A stretch of DNA of 64,000 nt from the IMG/VR virus record IMGVR_UViG_3300030397_000226, positions 3,330 through 67,329 of that record. One strand, 5' to 3'. This stretch comes from a virus. The translations under genes were made by a program, and so were the position numbers. Position 1 is the first letter of the stretch, and every line of letters starts with the position of its first letter. Below the pieces are notes generated by a model. That model did no database searches. It saw only the letters and a list, made by a program, of their open reading frames with translations, and was not told where the DNA came from. Positions 1 to 10,700 of the stretch are shown one piece after another.

Positions 1-1386
1 CGTGACCAACTCGGTACCGCTGTCGGTTCGTTGGCGGACATCATCTCTGACCCAGAGTGGCAGGAAGGGATTCGTCAAGGCATCGGTCCCATCGTGAAGA
101 TGATTGGTAACCTGACCGCACAGTTCGCGAAGGGCGTTGCTGTCGTCGTCGAGTTCCTCGGGAAACACCCGTTCATCGTCAAGATTGGTCTGGCGTTGTT
201 CGCCGTAGCGTCCGCAGCCGCCCTGTTTGGTGGGGCCATGTTGGTGGTGGGTGCGACTCTCGCGACTGCCGTAGTGAGCGTTGTCGCTATGGCGGCTTCT
301 GCTGCTGTTGCGGCGGTAGCGTTCAAGTTGTTCGCGGCGACGATGTGGGCAGCGGTTGCTCCCATGTTGATTATCGCGCTCAAGGCCATTGCGATTGCGG
401 CGGCGGTCGGACTGGTGGTGGTCGCAGTTGCTGCACTCACAGCCGGTCTCGCCTACCTCTGGTACAAGTTCGGTGGCGGAAGCGAAGTCATCCAGAACAC
501 CCTGACTCTGTTTGGCGCTCTCTGGGAGGCCCTACAGAATTGGGGTGACGGAGTGACCAGTATCTCTGAGGACACCGCGTTCGCTCTCAAGAAGGGCGGA
601 ATGCTCGGCTGGTTCTCAAAGATGGTCCGTTGGATTCAAGAGGGGAAGAACTGGTGGGACAGCTTCAGCAACTCAGTCATCTACCACGCACAGCGCGCCT
701 GGTATGACACACTCCTTCCGGCGTTCAAGGCTGTCGGTCGCGCTCTCGGTGACCTGTGGCACGCGGGTAAGATTTTCGCGGCGACACTCGGACTCATCCA
801 GGTCGAGACTGCGAACGTGAACAACGAGTTCGACATCAGTTACGCTGGCGAGTTCTTCGGCACCATGATTGAGATGGCCGCTGAGGGTGTGGCGATGTTC
901 GCGGCTCTACTCCGTCACTTCATCGGATTCGTTCGGGGAGGTATCGAGTGGGGAGCCAAGTTCGCAGACCTCATCGACTGGGCAATCATCCAACCGGCGA
1001 AGGACGCGATGGCGGTGTTCGAAGCGGCGAAGGCTGCGGCTGAGGGTGACTTCACTGCGGGCAAGCTCATCATGATGGACCGTGCGGAGGAGAAGACGAT
1101 GCATCGGTCACCAAGCGAGATGGCAGGTGAGACGCTTGCGAAGCTCCAGTCCGTCGAGGACAAGCTCGCAGGACAGATTTGGGGTCCTGGCGACCGTGAA
1201 CCTCACCCGATGGACAGCGACCCAATGTTTGGTGGTGGCGGTGCCGGTATCGCAGGCATTCAGCACTCCACCAAAGCGCAGATTAACAATAAGACCGAAG
1301 TCACTTTGGAGCTTGACGGCGAAGTCCTTACTAAGAAGGTCATCGAAAACGTCAAGGAGACTGGTGAACTGAACTACGAGACGTAA
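1..1386 (+). CDS. Tail tape measure protein, C-terminal part (5' truncated by window)
   Basis: Frame is open from base 1; Ala/Gly-rich amphipathic helices with a hydrophobic block; lies directly upstream of tube-initiator/baseplate genes. Confidence 0.8.
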   Translation, partial: RDQLGTAVGSLADIISDPEWQEGIRQGIGPIVKMIGNLTAQFAKGVAVVVEFLGKHPFIVKIGLALFAVASAAALFGGAMLVVGATLATAVVSVVAMAASAAVAAVAFKLFAATMWAAVAPMLIIALKAIAIAAAVGLVVVAVAALTAGLAYLWYKFGGGSEVIQNTLTLFGALWEALQNWGDGVTSISEDTAFALKKGGMLGWFSKMVRWIQEGKNWWDSFSNSVIYHAQRAWYDTLLPAFKAVGRALGDLWHAGKIFAATLGLIQVETANVNNEFDISYAGEFFGTMIEMAAEGVAMFAALLRHFIGFVRGGIEWGAKFADLIDWAIIQPAKDAMAVFEAAKAAAEGDFTAGKLIMMDRAEEKTMHRSPSEMAGETLAKLQSVEDKLAGQIWGPGDREPHPMDSDPMFGGGGAGIAGIQHSTKAQINNKTEVTLELDGEVLTKKVIENVKETGELNYET

Positions 1387-1389
1387 GCC

Positions 1390-1923
1390 ATGGCCTTCGG
1401 AGAAACCCCCACACCTACTCGCGGACACATCACGGTTCCTGACCGTGGCTTGTCCCAAGGGTTCATGTTCAATCCGGCAAACGTGTCGGACAACAAAGGC
1501 GTGAACTACGGAACTGTGAACGTTCCCGGCGCGAGTCATCCCGTCTACCAGTATGGCTCTGGCGGGGAGCGCATCATCTCGTTCCAAATCTACCTCGATG
1601 GAGACCGTGGTCGGTTCGGACGCGAAGAGACAGGACGTCAGACGCTCAGCATCCGCAACGACATCAACTTCTACCAGTCGCTCCTCTACCCTGCGGAGTT
1701 CGATACTCTCGGGTTTGAGGCTGTGTACCCTCCCATCGTGCTCTTCACCTTCGGGCCGATGTTCAACAACATCCCGTGCATCGTGAAGGCTGCACCCTAC
1801 ACCGTGACGTACTGGACTCCTGGTCTGGAACCCGTACGCGCTACCATTAACCTAACGCTAGGCGAGCAAGTCGAAGAGAGTCAGACTGCGGACCAGCGGT
1901 ACATCATCGACGCGGACCTCTGA
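1390..1923 (+). CDS. Tail tube initiator / CIS-tube-like protein
   Basis: FMFNPANVSDNKGVNY..V.VPGASHPVYQY.SGGER.ISF.IYLDG and PPIVLFTFG resemble Afp7/CIS_tube-type proteins; position after tape measure. Confidence 0.7.
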   Translation: MAFGETPTPTRGHITVPDRGLSQGFMFNPANVSDNKGVNYGTVNVPGASHPVYQYGSGGERIISFQIYLDGDRGRFGREETGRQTLSIRNDINFYQSLLYPAEFDTLGFEAVYPPIVLFTFGPMFNNIPCIVKAAPYTVTYWTPGLEPVRATINLTLGEQVEESQTADQRYIIDADL

Positions 1924-1924
1924 T

Positions 1925-2254
1925 ATGGCTATTCGAACAGGAAGTCGTTTGCTGCAAACGGTGGTCGTTCAACCCAGGGACGGACTCACCGGAGAACCCA
2001 ATGCGCCCGCGTTCGTCGACATTCGTCCACAGATTCGGGACTTCGCGTTGGATGACCGACTCATCCACTACGACAACTTCGGCGAGTGGTCGAATCTCGG
2101 ACTGAAGTACCTGCTTGGCGCAGAGTACTGGTGGGCTATTGCGGACTTGTCTGGCGTGGTTGACCCATTCAACGAACTCACTCAGGACGCGAAACTTCGC
2201 GCACCTACTGTTGAACGCTTCCAGTTCGACATGCTGCCGGGAGACATTGTGTAA
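1925..2254 (+). CDS. Small LysM-like baseplate protein (gp53/tail X-like)
   Basis: LG.KYL.GAEYWWAIADLSGVVDPF..L motif; position before hub gene. Confidence 0.65.
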   Translation: MAIRTGSRLLQTVVVQPRDGLTGEPNAPAFVDIRPQIRDFALDDRLIHYDNFGEWSNLGLKYLLGAEYWWAIADLSGVVDPFNELTQDAKLRAPTVERFQFDMLPGDIV

Positions 2255-3573
2255 TGCCCGTCATCAGTCGTTACACCCAGGTCTACGCACCCAGGTTCTC
2301 CCTCGAAATCGATGGTGAGAATGCGGCTGATATTGCGCGTGATGTGAAGCAGTTCTCTTACTCCGACGATGAGGACAAGAGCGACGAACTGACTCTCATC
2401 CTCGTGAACAAAGGACTGAAGTATATCGACGACCCGCGCTTCGAGGAAGGAATCACGATGCGTGCTCGATGGGGCTACCCAGGGGACGTGTCAGAAGTGA
2501 TGCAGTGCGTTTTGTCAAAGGCCAAGCCTGGCTTTCCGCAGAACGGTATTCCCACGATGATTGTCAAGGGATTCGACCTCAGTCGTGAGATGCATCGAGG
2601 AGGCAACCCTCAGAACTGGGGCTCTGTTCAGTCGAGTGATGTGGCGCGAGGTATTGCGGACAGGTACTCATTGAACACGGACATTGAGGACTCGGACGAC
2701 GAACGCTCCGACAGCCGCATCCAAGCTGCCGGTATCACGGACATCCAGTACCTCAAACAGTTGGCAGACCAGATTAACTGGGACGTCTACGTTGAGGGCT
2801 CGACTCTTCACTTCCATCCGAAGAGGTACGACGCGCGTCCTAAGTTTGAGTTCACTTACTACAGCAGCAAAGTGGGCACATTGTTGGACTTCAATCCGAA
2901 CGTGAAGATGACCAAGCAGGCCAGGACTGGCAAAGCTGGCGCTGACACGAAGTCAGGCGAGTCTTCCGGGTCCGAGAACAAGGAAGGTGATTCTGATGGG
3001 AGTCCCAACGCATCGCTCGGTGACTTCCTCATCGATACCAACTCGGGCGAGTTCTCTGGACGTACGAAGGGGTCTGGTTCCAACTCTAACCAGTCGAGGC
3101 CGAACCCTGCGGCAGGTGAGCCGTGGTCGCTCATCGGAAACACCGCGTACTTCAAGATGAAGGCCATCGAGCAGCAGGTACTCTCACTCAACTCACCGGA
3201 GAAGAGCGAGAAGGTACGCAACAAGCACTCGGCTGCGGCTCAGGCGAAGATTGACATGAACGCGGTTGAAGCGAGTGCGACCATGATTGGGACGCCTCAG
3301 CTTCGCGCTAAGCAGAACATCACGCTCAAGGGTGTCGGTAAACGGTACTCTGGAATCTGGCGAGTGAAGAAGTCAACTCACACAATTATGCCAGAGAGCA
3401 ACATCTACACCGTCGCTTGTACTCTCACCCGTAACGCTCTCTCGAAGGGCAAGAAGGGGAACAGCGGCGAAAACAAGTCAAACAATAAGTCAGCATCACA
3501 GAACGGGTCGGAGTCGAGCGCACGTCAAGTCAACGTCGACACCAACACTGGTTCTTTCTCAGGATTCTCATGA
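2254..3573 (+). CDS. Baseplate hub protein (late control D / gp27-like)
   Basis: FSYSDDEDKSDELTL.L, QAAGITDIQYLKQLA...NWDVYVEGSTLHF, IGTPQLRAKQNITLKGVGKRYSGIWRVKKSTH. Confidence 0.8.
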   Translation: MPVISRYTQVYAPRFSLEIDGENAADIARDVKQFSYSDDEDKSDELTLILVNKGLKYIDDPRFEEGITMRARWGYPGDVSEVMQCVLSKAKPGFPQNGIPTMIVKGFDLSREMHRGGNPQNWGSVQSSDVARGIADRYSLNTDIEDSDDERSDSRIQAAGITDIQYLKQLADQINWDVYVEGSTLHFHPKRYDARPKFEFTYYSSKVGTLLDFNPNVKMTKQARTGKAGADTKSGESSGSENKEGDSDGSPNASLGDFLIDTNSGEFSGRTKGSGSNSNQSRPNPAAGEPWSLIGNTAYFKMKAIEQQVLSLNSPEKSEKVRNKHSAAAQAKIDMNAVEASATMIGTPQLRAKQNITLKGVGKRYSGIWRVKKSTHTIMPESNIYTVACTLTRNALSKGKKGNSGENKSNNKSASQNGSESSARQVNVDTNTGSFSGFS

Positions 3574-4223
3574 ACGACGGACCTTTCAACCCATACGCAC
3601 CTCCAAAGGCAGGTGGACGCAAGTACTTCGGAAAGTACAAGGGATTCGTGCGTCGAAACAACGACCCGGAAGGGCGCAGTCGCATTCGTTGTTTCTGCCC
3701 AGGTGTTATGGGTCCCACAGACGCGGACAGTCATTGGTTGGGATGGGCTGACGGGAACTTCCCGTGGCTTGGCGGGATTCACACTGCGGAGATGGGTCCT
3801 CCATTCACGAAGGACGAACAAGTCGAAGCTGAGGGCAAAGAGTACTTCGGTGTGTGGCTTGAGTTCGAAGACGGAAACCCTGACCACCCCATCTGGTGTG
3901 GGACGTTTATGATTGCTCGCACTGACGAGGACGCAGACCAGCTCGGTACGTCTGGCGGCGATTCGGTCCCTGGAGGTGGAGTGCTCGGTAACCCGACTCT
4001 GCCCGATGATGTGGAGGCAGGCCCTCTCGACCCTATCAAGGCAGAGATTACGAACGAGATTCGTTTGCGCGCTCCCAAGAACAGGGACATCGTTCTCGTT
4101 GTTGAGGGTGGTGGAGCTATGCTTCTCGGCCCGAGCGGCGCTCACATCACCGGGATTCAACTCACCCTCAATGGGAAACACATCTTCGCTACGGTCGGCG
4201 ACTACACGGGAGCGGTAGGGTAA
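3570..4223 (+). CDS. Baseplate spike, gp5/gpV OB-fold protein
   Basis: YFGKYKGFVRRNNDPEGRSRIRCFCPGV ... VWLEFEDGNPDHPIWCG is the gp5/VgrG OB-fold signature. Confidence 0.85.
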   Translation: MNDGPFNPYAPPKAGGRKYFGKYKGFVRRNNDPEGRSRIRCFCPGVMGPTDADSHWLGWADGNFPWLGGIHTAEMGPPFTKDEQVEAEGKEYFGVWLEFEDGNPDHPIWCGTFMIARTDEDADQLGTSGGDSVPGGGVLGNPTLPDDVEAGPLDPIKAEITNEIRLRAPKNRDIVLVVEGGGAMLLGPSGAHITGIQLTLNGKHIFATVGDYTGAVG

Positions 4224-4900
4224 TGGCTCGCGTAGTTTGCATGAAGATTCCTGAGCCGCCGACGCTGCTCAACATCACCATCCCCGTCATTGGTGACCTG
4301 AGTGGTGTAACTGACGTGGCGTTGAAGGCGTACAACGCTTGCGAGGACGCTCGTGCGTTCATCCAGAGCATTCAACCGGCGTTGGGAGCGTTCAGTCTTC
4401 CTCTGTGCATCCTGGGGTGCGTCATCTCCATCACTGAGGTGTTCACCGACGACTTCCCGTTCGTGGACCCAGTGGCTTTGCCTGCGATGATTGAGGCGTG
4501 CAGTTGTCTCGTCTCGTGGACCCCGTTTAGTTTCTGCAAAACTCTCAAAGACCTCATCATTGCTCTGTTGAGGTTGATGAGATGTATTCTCGGACTCATC
4601 GGAGACATCGTGGCGCTCGAAGCCAGATTGGCAGCGCTCGCGAACCTCGATTTGGACAGCACACTGTTGGCTTGCCTCACGGACCAGCAGAAGGCCCTTC
4701 TAAACACCGTCATTTCCTCGTTCGGTCCTTTCTCCAAGTTTTTTGATAGCATCGAGTTCCTGTTCACCTTCGTCGGTGTGCCCTTCCAGTCTTTGGGTAG
4801 CATCGCAGGCGACAACACTGCTGAAGTTGTGCAGGCAATCAACGCGGTCATTAAGGTTCTTGAGGAGATTTTCGAAGCAATCAGTTTGGTGTGCCCATGA
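4223..4900 (+). CDS. Hypothetical hydrophobic, Cys-rich protein in baseplate operon
   Basis: 225 aa ORF translationally coupled on both sides (TAATG, ATGA). Confidence 0.6.
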   Translation: MARVVCMKIPEPPTLLNITIPVIGDLSGVTDVALKAYNACEDARAFIQSIQPALGAFSLPLCILGCVISITEVFTDDFPFVDPVALPAMIEACSCLVSWTPFSFCKTLKDLIIALLRLMRCILGLIGDIVALEARLAALANLDLDSTLLACLTDQQKALLNTVISSFGPFSKFFDSIEFLFTFVGVPFQSLGSIAGDNTAEVVQAINAVIKVLEEIFEAISLVCP

Positions 4901-5358
4901 CGACTTCCCCATCAATTCTCGGTCTCGGTTTCGCGTACCCCTTCAGGCTCAACGCCAATAGGGCGAAGCCTCTCTTCCTCTCTGAGGAGGAGTTGGTGCG
5001 TTCCGACATGCACGCCTTACTGAACACTGATATTAAGGAACGCCCCTTCCTGGTGCGGAACGGCGTCCCCTTTGGTACCCGTATTCCTGGTCTTCTTTTT
5101 GACAACTCCACGACAGCCAAAGACACGGCGGTGTACGACGCCACGCGAAGTCTCAACACTTGGGAACCTCGTATCGTCCTTCTTCAGGTGACGGGCTCTG
5201 TTCAGTCTGAGGGAGGCGGCAAAAACAACTTGGTCATCGTGGACGTTATGTTCAGGTACAGAGCGACAAATAGGTTGGACAACTTCGTCAACCCATATCG
5301 AATCAACCCACTACCAGCTAACACTGACATCGTAGTGAGCGCAGGAGTTACCGGATAA
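4897..5358 (+). CDS. Baseplate wedge protein, gp25/GPW-like
   Basis: LGFAYPF, EEELVRSDMHALLNT...ERPF....FGTRI..LLF, LNTWEPRI; ATG overlaps upstream TGA. Confidence 0.85.
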   Translation: MTTSPSILGLGFAYPFRLNANRAKPLFLSEEELVRSDMHALLNTDIKERPFLVRNGVPFGTRIPGLLFDNSTTAKDTAVYDATRSLNTWEPRIVLLQVTGSVQSEGGGKNNLVIVDVMFRYRATNRLDNFVNPYRINPLPANTDIVVSAGVTG

Positions 5359-7745
5359 TGGCAGCAGGAGACGAAAACAGCCCCGTATTCGATTTCACCT
5401 CGATGGACTTTGCGTCCATGCGAGATGACTTGATTCGGTACGCTCAGCAGATTTTCACCGAGGAAGTCTGGACGGATTTCAACGACTCGAATGAAGGCAC
5501 TCGCCTCATCGAGTTGAAGTCGTATGCGACGGACCTTCTGTCGTACAACCAGAACGCTCGCGTGCGTGAGACGGTTGTGGCTTCACTCATCCGTCGTCAG
5601 AACTTCATCAACGCATCCAAGACGTACGACTTCGTTCTCAAGAGCGCAGCCCCGTCGACCACCGTATTGGAGTTCGGCATCGACCCGGCGTTCACTCCAT
5701 TCGTGCTTCCCTCGACGTTCAAGGTGTCGGATGCGGACCAAGTTATTTTCCAACCCGATGCGGACGTGAATGTTCCGGGTGCGGCGACTTCGATTCAGGT
5801 AGCCGCTACTCAAGGTGACGAGCAGTCGAACGAAGCCCTCGCGTTCTCCAATGGCGAGACGTTCCAGGTGTATCAACTCGCACAGCAGCCGCTCATCGAC
5901 GACACCCTCATCCTCACCGTCAATGGCGTTCAATGGGAACAAATCGTCAACTTCATTGAGGCTGGGCCTACTGACGAAGTGTACCGAATTGAAACGGATG
6001 AGGATGACATCACCACCATCGAGTTCGGTGACGGAGTGAACGGCAAGGTTCCTCCCATCACGCAGCCCATCGTGGCAACCTACAAGACGGGCGGCGGTGA
6101 CCAAGGAAACCTACCCATTGGGACCATCACGCGCTTGGTGTCCAGCCTCGCTGGTGTGAACTCAGTAACGAACGTGACTGCTGCAACAGGCGGCGGCCCT
6201 CGTCAGTCGCTCACGAGCGCGAAGCGTCTCCTCCCTCTGAGTATCAAAGCGAATCAGCGGGCGGTGACCCTTCAGGACTACGCGACTCATGCTGCGCAGA
6301 ACATCGCTGGCGTCTTGAAAGCAAAGGGCGTTGCGGGGTTGTTTGAGGCTGGCGGTTCGCCCGTCATCCTCTTCACTGTTCCCAATGGCGGGGGTGACGT
6401 GTCTCAGACTCTCGCGAGTCAGATTGTTGCGTACTTCCGAAGTGGTGCTGGTACCGAAGATGGAGAGCCAGTCGGTCTGGCAGGCAAGCGTGTCGTTCCG
6501 CGTACGGCGGCGTATGTTCGTTTGAGTGTGGAGATTGAGGTCTACGTTCGGCCAGGCTCCAATGCTGATGCCACGGGTGAGCGTGTCTCAAACATCTACC
6601 TCAATAGGTACAGTCTTGAGAACGTGGACTTCGCTGACGCCTTCGATTTGCAGGATGCGTACAACACAGCGGACCCCGTGGAAAAGAGAATCAACGGACT
6701 CCAGCGTGTGTTCCTTCGACGCTTCTCCATCGCTCCTCATGGTGGGAAGTATGTGAACAAGGCGACAACCGGCGACGGTACGGTGGACAACGTTACGACG
6801 AGCGTTGATGCTCAGCGCCGTGAATGGAACATCGTGGTTCGAAGCGGTGTCACTCTTGAGTTTGACGTCATCTCTCGACGCCTCGGCACTGTGTCACAGG
6901 TGTTCGACACGACTCTGATTGACGAAGAGGCGAACTACCAGGAAGACGAAGTGACTGGCCTCACTTTGCAGCCTCGTTACCAGGAGAGCGAAGAACTGTG
7001 GACCATCACCGAGAGTATCGGGACCACGCTCATCGTGAACCCGGTCGGCTCCGAAGGCACCAATGGTCTCCTCCAGAAGGCGACTCAGGGTGACGAGTAC
7101 GCCATCAACGAGCCTGACCCGAAGCCAGGCAAAATCATCCGGTCAATCCCTCTTGCGGACGTTGCGGACGGTGTGACGACCATCAGTGCGGACGACATCA
7201 CAGGATGGGTTGCTGGGGACCTCGCGTTGGTTCGTGAGGGGAGTCAGTCCGAAGTCAAGACGATTGATTCGACAGAAGCAGCGGCGCCCAATATCACCAC
7301 AATCGATGTGGATACCCTGGTGAACGACACCATCATCCCGGTCGCATCGACTGCGGGTTTGCAAGTCGGACGCACTGTTCAGTTGGGCGCTGCCGGGGAC
7401 ATCCGACGCATCGCCTCAATTGACCCTGGTGTCAGCATCACGATTGATGAGCCTGCTACCCAAGCCTACAATATCGGCGAAAACGTGTCCCTCTTCGCCA
7501 CCATCATCTTCACCACGCCGACACTGTTTGCGCTCACCACGTCGAGTACCGTCGACTACTACTGGGAAAGCACAGATGGGACTGTCGGTTTCGCCATCGT
7601 GAATGGAGCGACCGCCTTCGTTGCAGGAGACGAGTTCTATGTGGACACATATGGCGAAGCGGACGACATCAAATTGCGCCCGGAAAACTACTTACTATTT
7701 GAACAAGATGACCTCACCATCTTCACCATCGGGGGAGTCAAGTAA
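5358..7745 (+). CDS. Baseplate wedge protein, gp6/baseplate J-like
   Basis: DFTSMDFASMRDDL, WTDFNDSNEG..LIEL, IEFGDGVNGKVP, RAVTLQDY. Confidence 0.85.
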   Translation: MAAGDENSPVFDFTSMDFASMRDDLIRYAQQIFTEEVWTDFNDSNEGTRLIELKSYATDLLSYNQNARVRETVVASLIRRQNFINASKTYDFVLKSAAPSTTVLEFGIDPAFTPFVLPSTFKVSDADQVIFQPDADVNVPGAATSIQVAATQGDEQSNEALAFSNGETFQVYQLAQQPLIDDTLILTVNGVQWEQIVNFIEAGPTDEVYRIETDEDDITTIEFGDGVNGKVPPITQPIVATYKTGGGDQGNLPIGTITRLVSSLAGVNSVTNVTAATGGGPRQSLTSAKRLLPLSIKANQRAVTLQDYATHAAQNIAGVLKAKGVAGLFEAGGSPVILFTVPNGGGDVSQTLASQIVAYFRSGAGTEDGEPVGLAGKRVVPRTAAYVRLSVEIEVYVRPGSNADATGERVSNIYLNRYSLENVDFADAFDLQDAYNTADPVEKRINGLQRVFLRRFSIAPHGGKYVNKATTGDGTVDNVTTSVDAQRREWNIVVRSGVTLEFDVISRRLGTVSQVFDTTLIDEEANYQEDEVTGLTLQPRYQESEELWTITESIGTTLIVNPVGSEGTNGLLQKATQGDEYAINEPDPKPGKIIRSIPLADVADGVTTISADDITGWVAGDLALVREGSQSEVKTIDSTEAAAPNITTIDVDTLVNDTIIPVASTAGLQVGRTVQLGAAGDIRRIASIDPGVSITIDEPATQAYNIGENVSLFATIIFTTPTLFALTTSSTVDYYWESTDGTVGFAIVNGATAFVAGDEFYVDTYGEADDIKLRPENYLLFEQDDLTIFTIGGVK

Positions 7746-10700
7746 ATGGCAGCCGTAGCTCTAATCAAACTCTCACAGGGCGCCGCCGTTCCACCAGGAG
7801 GCCGCGCTCTCGTTGGCGTTCAGGCGACGAACGTTCTCATTGAGAACACGAACAACACTGACGTTGCGTCGTGGCGTATCGAGGTTCTGTACGCAGAAGA
7901 AGGACTGACGTTCGCTCCCACAGACCCCGGTACTCCCGTTCTCGTTGATGAAAACGCGGCGGACAGTACCCCGACCTCGGCAGGCAACCCGCTCAGCCCT
8001 GATGGTGTGGGCTCGTGGCGTATCCGACTCCAGGTCTGGGATGGTCCGAACTTCACAGGGAACATGGACGAAGACATTCGTGTCTTTTCGGTACCGACGC
8101 CCAACTTTGGGTTCATCCTGCCTCCGTATCAAGTCTTCCCTCTCCAGTTGTCGAACAAGCCGCACGAGCTGAACTTCGATGACCAGCCTTGGGGCTGGAC
8201 GGGTCTCGATTCCATCACTGGCGGCGTCCTCATCAATGAAGCGTTGAAGCTCATCGATGGCTCATCTCCTTCGTTGCAGAACAGCTACGTCGGAGGGAAC
8301 ACCATCACGACGGATGCTGGTAATGGTGACTTCGAGGTTCTCGGGACAGAGAACGCGACTATCGCGGTTGACGGATTCACCACACTCAATGGTGCAGCCG
8401 GAATCGGGATGACCTCCTCGGGAGGTAATATCAACCTGAACGCGACAACTGGTTTTGGTACTCTTGAAGCAGACCAAACCGCGACGTTGCAGTCCAACAG
8501 TGCGACTGCTCAAGTAGTCGGCGCGACGGGCGTCACCATTACTGTCGGTGCCGTTAACTGGGCGTGGCCCACTGTTGACGCTGCCGGAGTCCTTTCCTCC
8601 AATGGGGCAGGAGTCCTTTCCTTCGGCGCTGCCCCTGCGTCCACGCTTCAAGCGACGTACGAGGCGGGGAACACGATTGTCACGAGTGCTCCTGAAGGGG
8701 ACTTCTCCGTCACTGGCACGGAAAACGCGACGATTGCGGTCGACACGTTCCTCACGTTGAACGGCGGAACCGGCATTGGGATGACCTCCAGCGGAGGCAA
8801 CATCGATTTGAACTCGACGACCGGGTTCATGAATTACACGTCGGACCAAGCCGCATCGTTTACGTCAACGAACGGAATCGTCACCATTACGGGCGGTGGC
8901 GGGGTTCAAATCGACGCCACTACTGGCAACGCCACACTTGCGGCGGCTGCCGGGTTCACCACTGTCGCAGGCAATACCGGAGTAGGCGTTAACTCCGCGA
9001 CGGGGAACATCAACCTGACCGCTACCACTGGGTTCGGTGGGTTTGAGTCAGACCAGACTCTGACTTTGCAATCGAACAGTGCGAATGTTGTTGTCGATGC
9101 TGCCACAGTCATCAACCTCCAAGCACCTACGACTGTTGTTTCAGGTGACCTAGTTGTTCAAGGTGACAAAGTAATCTCTAACACTACGGAAGTGGTGGTC
9201 GAGGACAACTTCATCAACTTGAACCAAGGCCATACGACGAACGGCGTAGCGCGCCCAGGTGGTCTGGTAGTGAACCTGACGCCCCAGACTGCTGCTGTAG
9301 CTATCTCGGGCGGCGCGTTCACGAGTGCGACGACTGTCGAAGTTGCGGGCCTCACCATCGGTGCTGGCGACTACTTCATGATTGATGGCGCGGATGACCC
9401 GACCAACGATGGGTTGTATCAGGTCACGTCGTACGTTGACCCAGTGCTCACAATCAATGCGGCAGGTGACCCTTGGACTCAATCTGGGTTTACGACTGAC
9501 GCAAGTGTCGCGGGCACTGTCTCCCCGATGCAAATCACCGTCATTCGTGGCGGAACTGACGGTCTGTGGGAGCAAGGTGTAGGCACCTCCTCTCCGCTTA
9601 CGTTCTCCGACTTCGCGAGTGCGGCGAGTGTTACTCTGACTGGCGCGTACCAGGGCGGGAACACCCTGACGACTGATGCCGGAAATGGTAGTGCCATCAT
9701 CAACGGTACCGAAGGGTTCACCGTCGACATGGATGGAGCGGTCAGTATCGATGGTGCTGGCGGAACAACGCTTTCGTCTACCGACTCTGCTCTTCAGCTC
9801 CTCACTCAGGGAGGTTCACCAGGGAACATCACCATCACTGCTGGCGGTGGTAGCTCTTCTGCAACTGCGACCCTTCGAGCGGATGGCGAAGTCACTGTCG
9901 AATCCGTCAATGGTGGCGGTGCCAATCTGAACGGCTCTGATGGGGTCAGCGGCGGCAGTGGTTCTCCCGGTACCGTCCGAGGTGGTGCTTCGAGTACGAC
10001 TGGCGGCAATGGTGGAGCTGCACAGGTTCTCGGCGGGAACGTTGATGCGGGCTCCGCAAACGGCGTCGGTGGTGGCGTCAACATCACGAGCGGGTTCGGT
10101 CGAGGGAACGGCGACGGCGGGACTATCAGCATCACTGGCGGCACCACTGTTGGTGCTGGCACGGGTGAGGGTGGTCCAGTCCTCATCACTGGTGGTTCCG
10201 GTGGAACGGTCGGAGACGGTGGCGCTGTCTTCATGCAAGGCGGTGGAACAAGCACTGCGTTTGACGCTGGTGATGCGACCGTACGCGGCGGCTCCGGTGG
10301 TGTCGGCGGTACCGTCAATATCGAGGGCGGTCAGTCCACCAACAACAACGGCGGACAGGTCAACATCGAGGGTGGCCAAACTCCCGCAGGTGCGAACGGC
10401 TTCGTAGGTGGTTCGGTCAACATCATTGGTGGTTTCTCACAAGGAACTAACGCCCAGGCTCGTGGCGGTCACGTCTTCATCGACGGTGGTCCTGCGGCGG
10501 CGGGTAACCAAGATGGCGGTTCGGTCTTCGTCACCTACGGTGTCCCCTTCGGAACTGGTGATGACGGCTTCTTCCGTGTCCGTCACTCGGACAATACCAT
10601 CGCTGCGGAGTTCACCACGTCTACGGACTACGATGCTGCTTCAGTTGGCGAGGTACTCGCGAAGGGCGCTACGGGTCTTGAGTACATCAGTCCCACAGAC

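Noticed and set aside
8270-9720. Fibre repeats as a DGR template/variable pair
   Set aside because: Differences are not adenine-specific and there is no reverse transcriptase in the window
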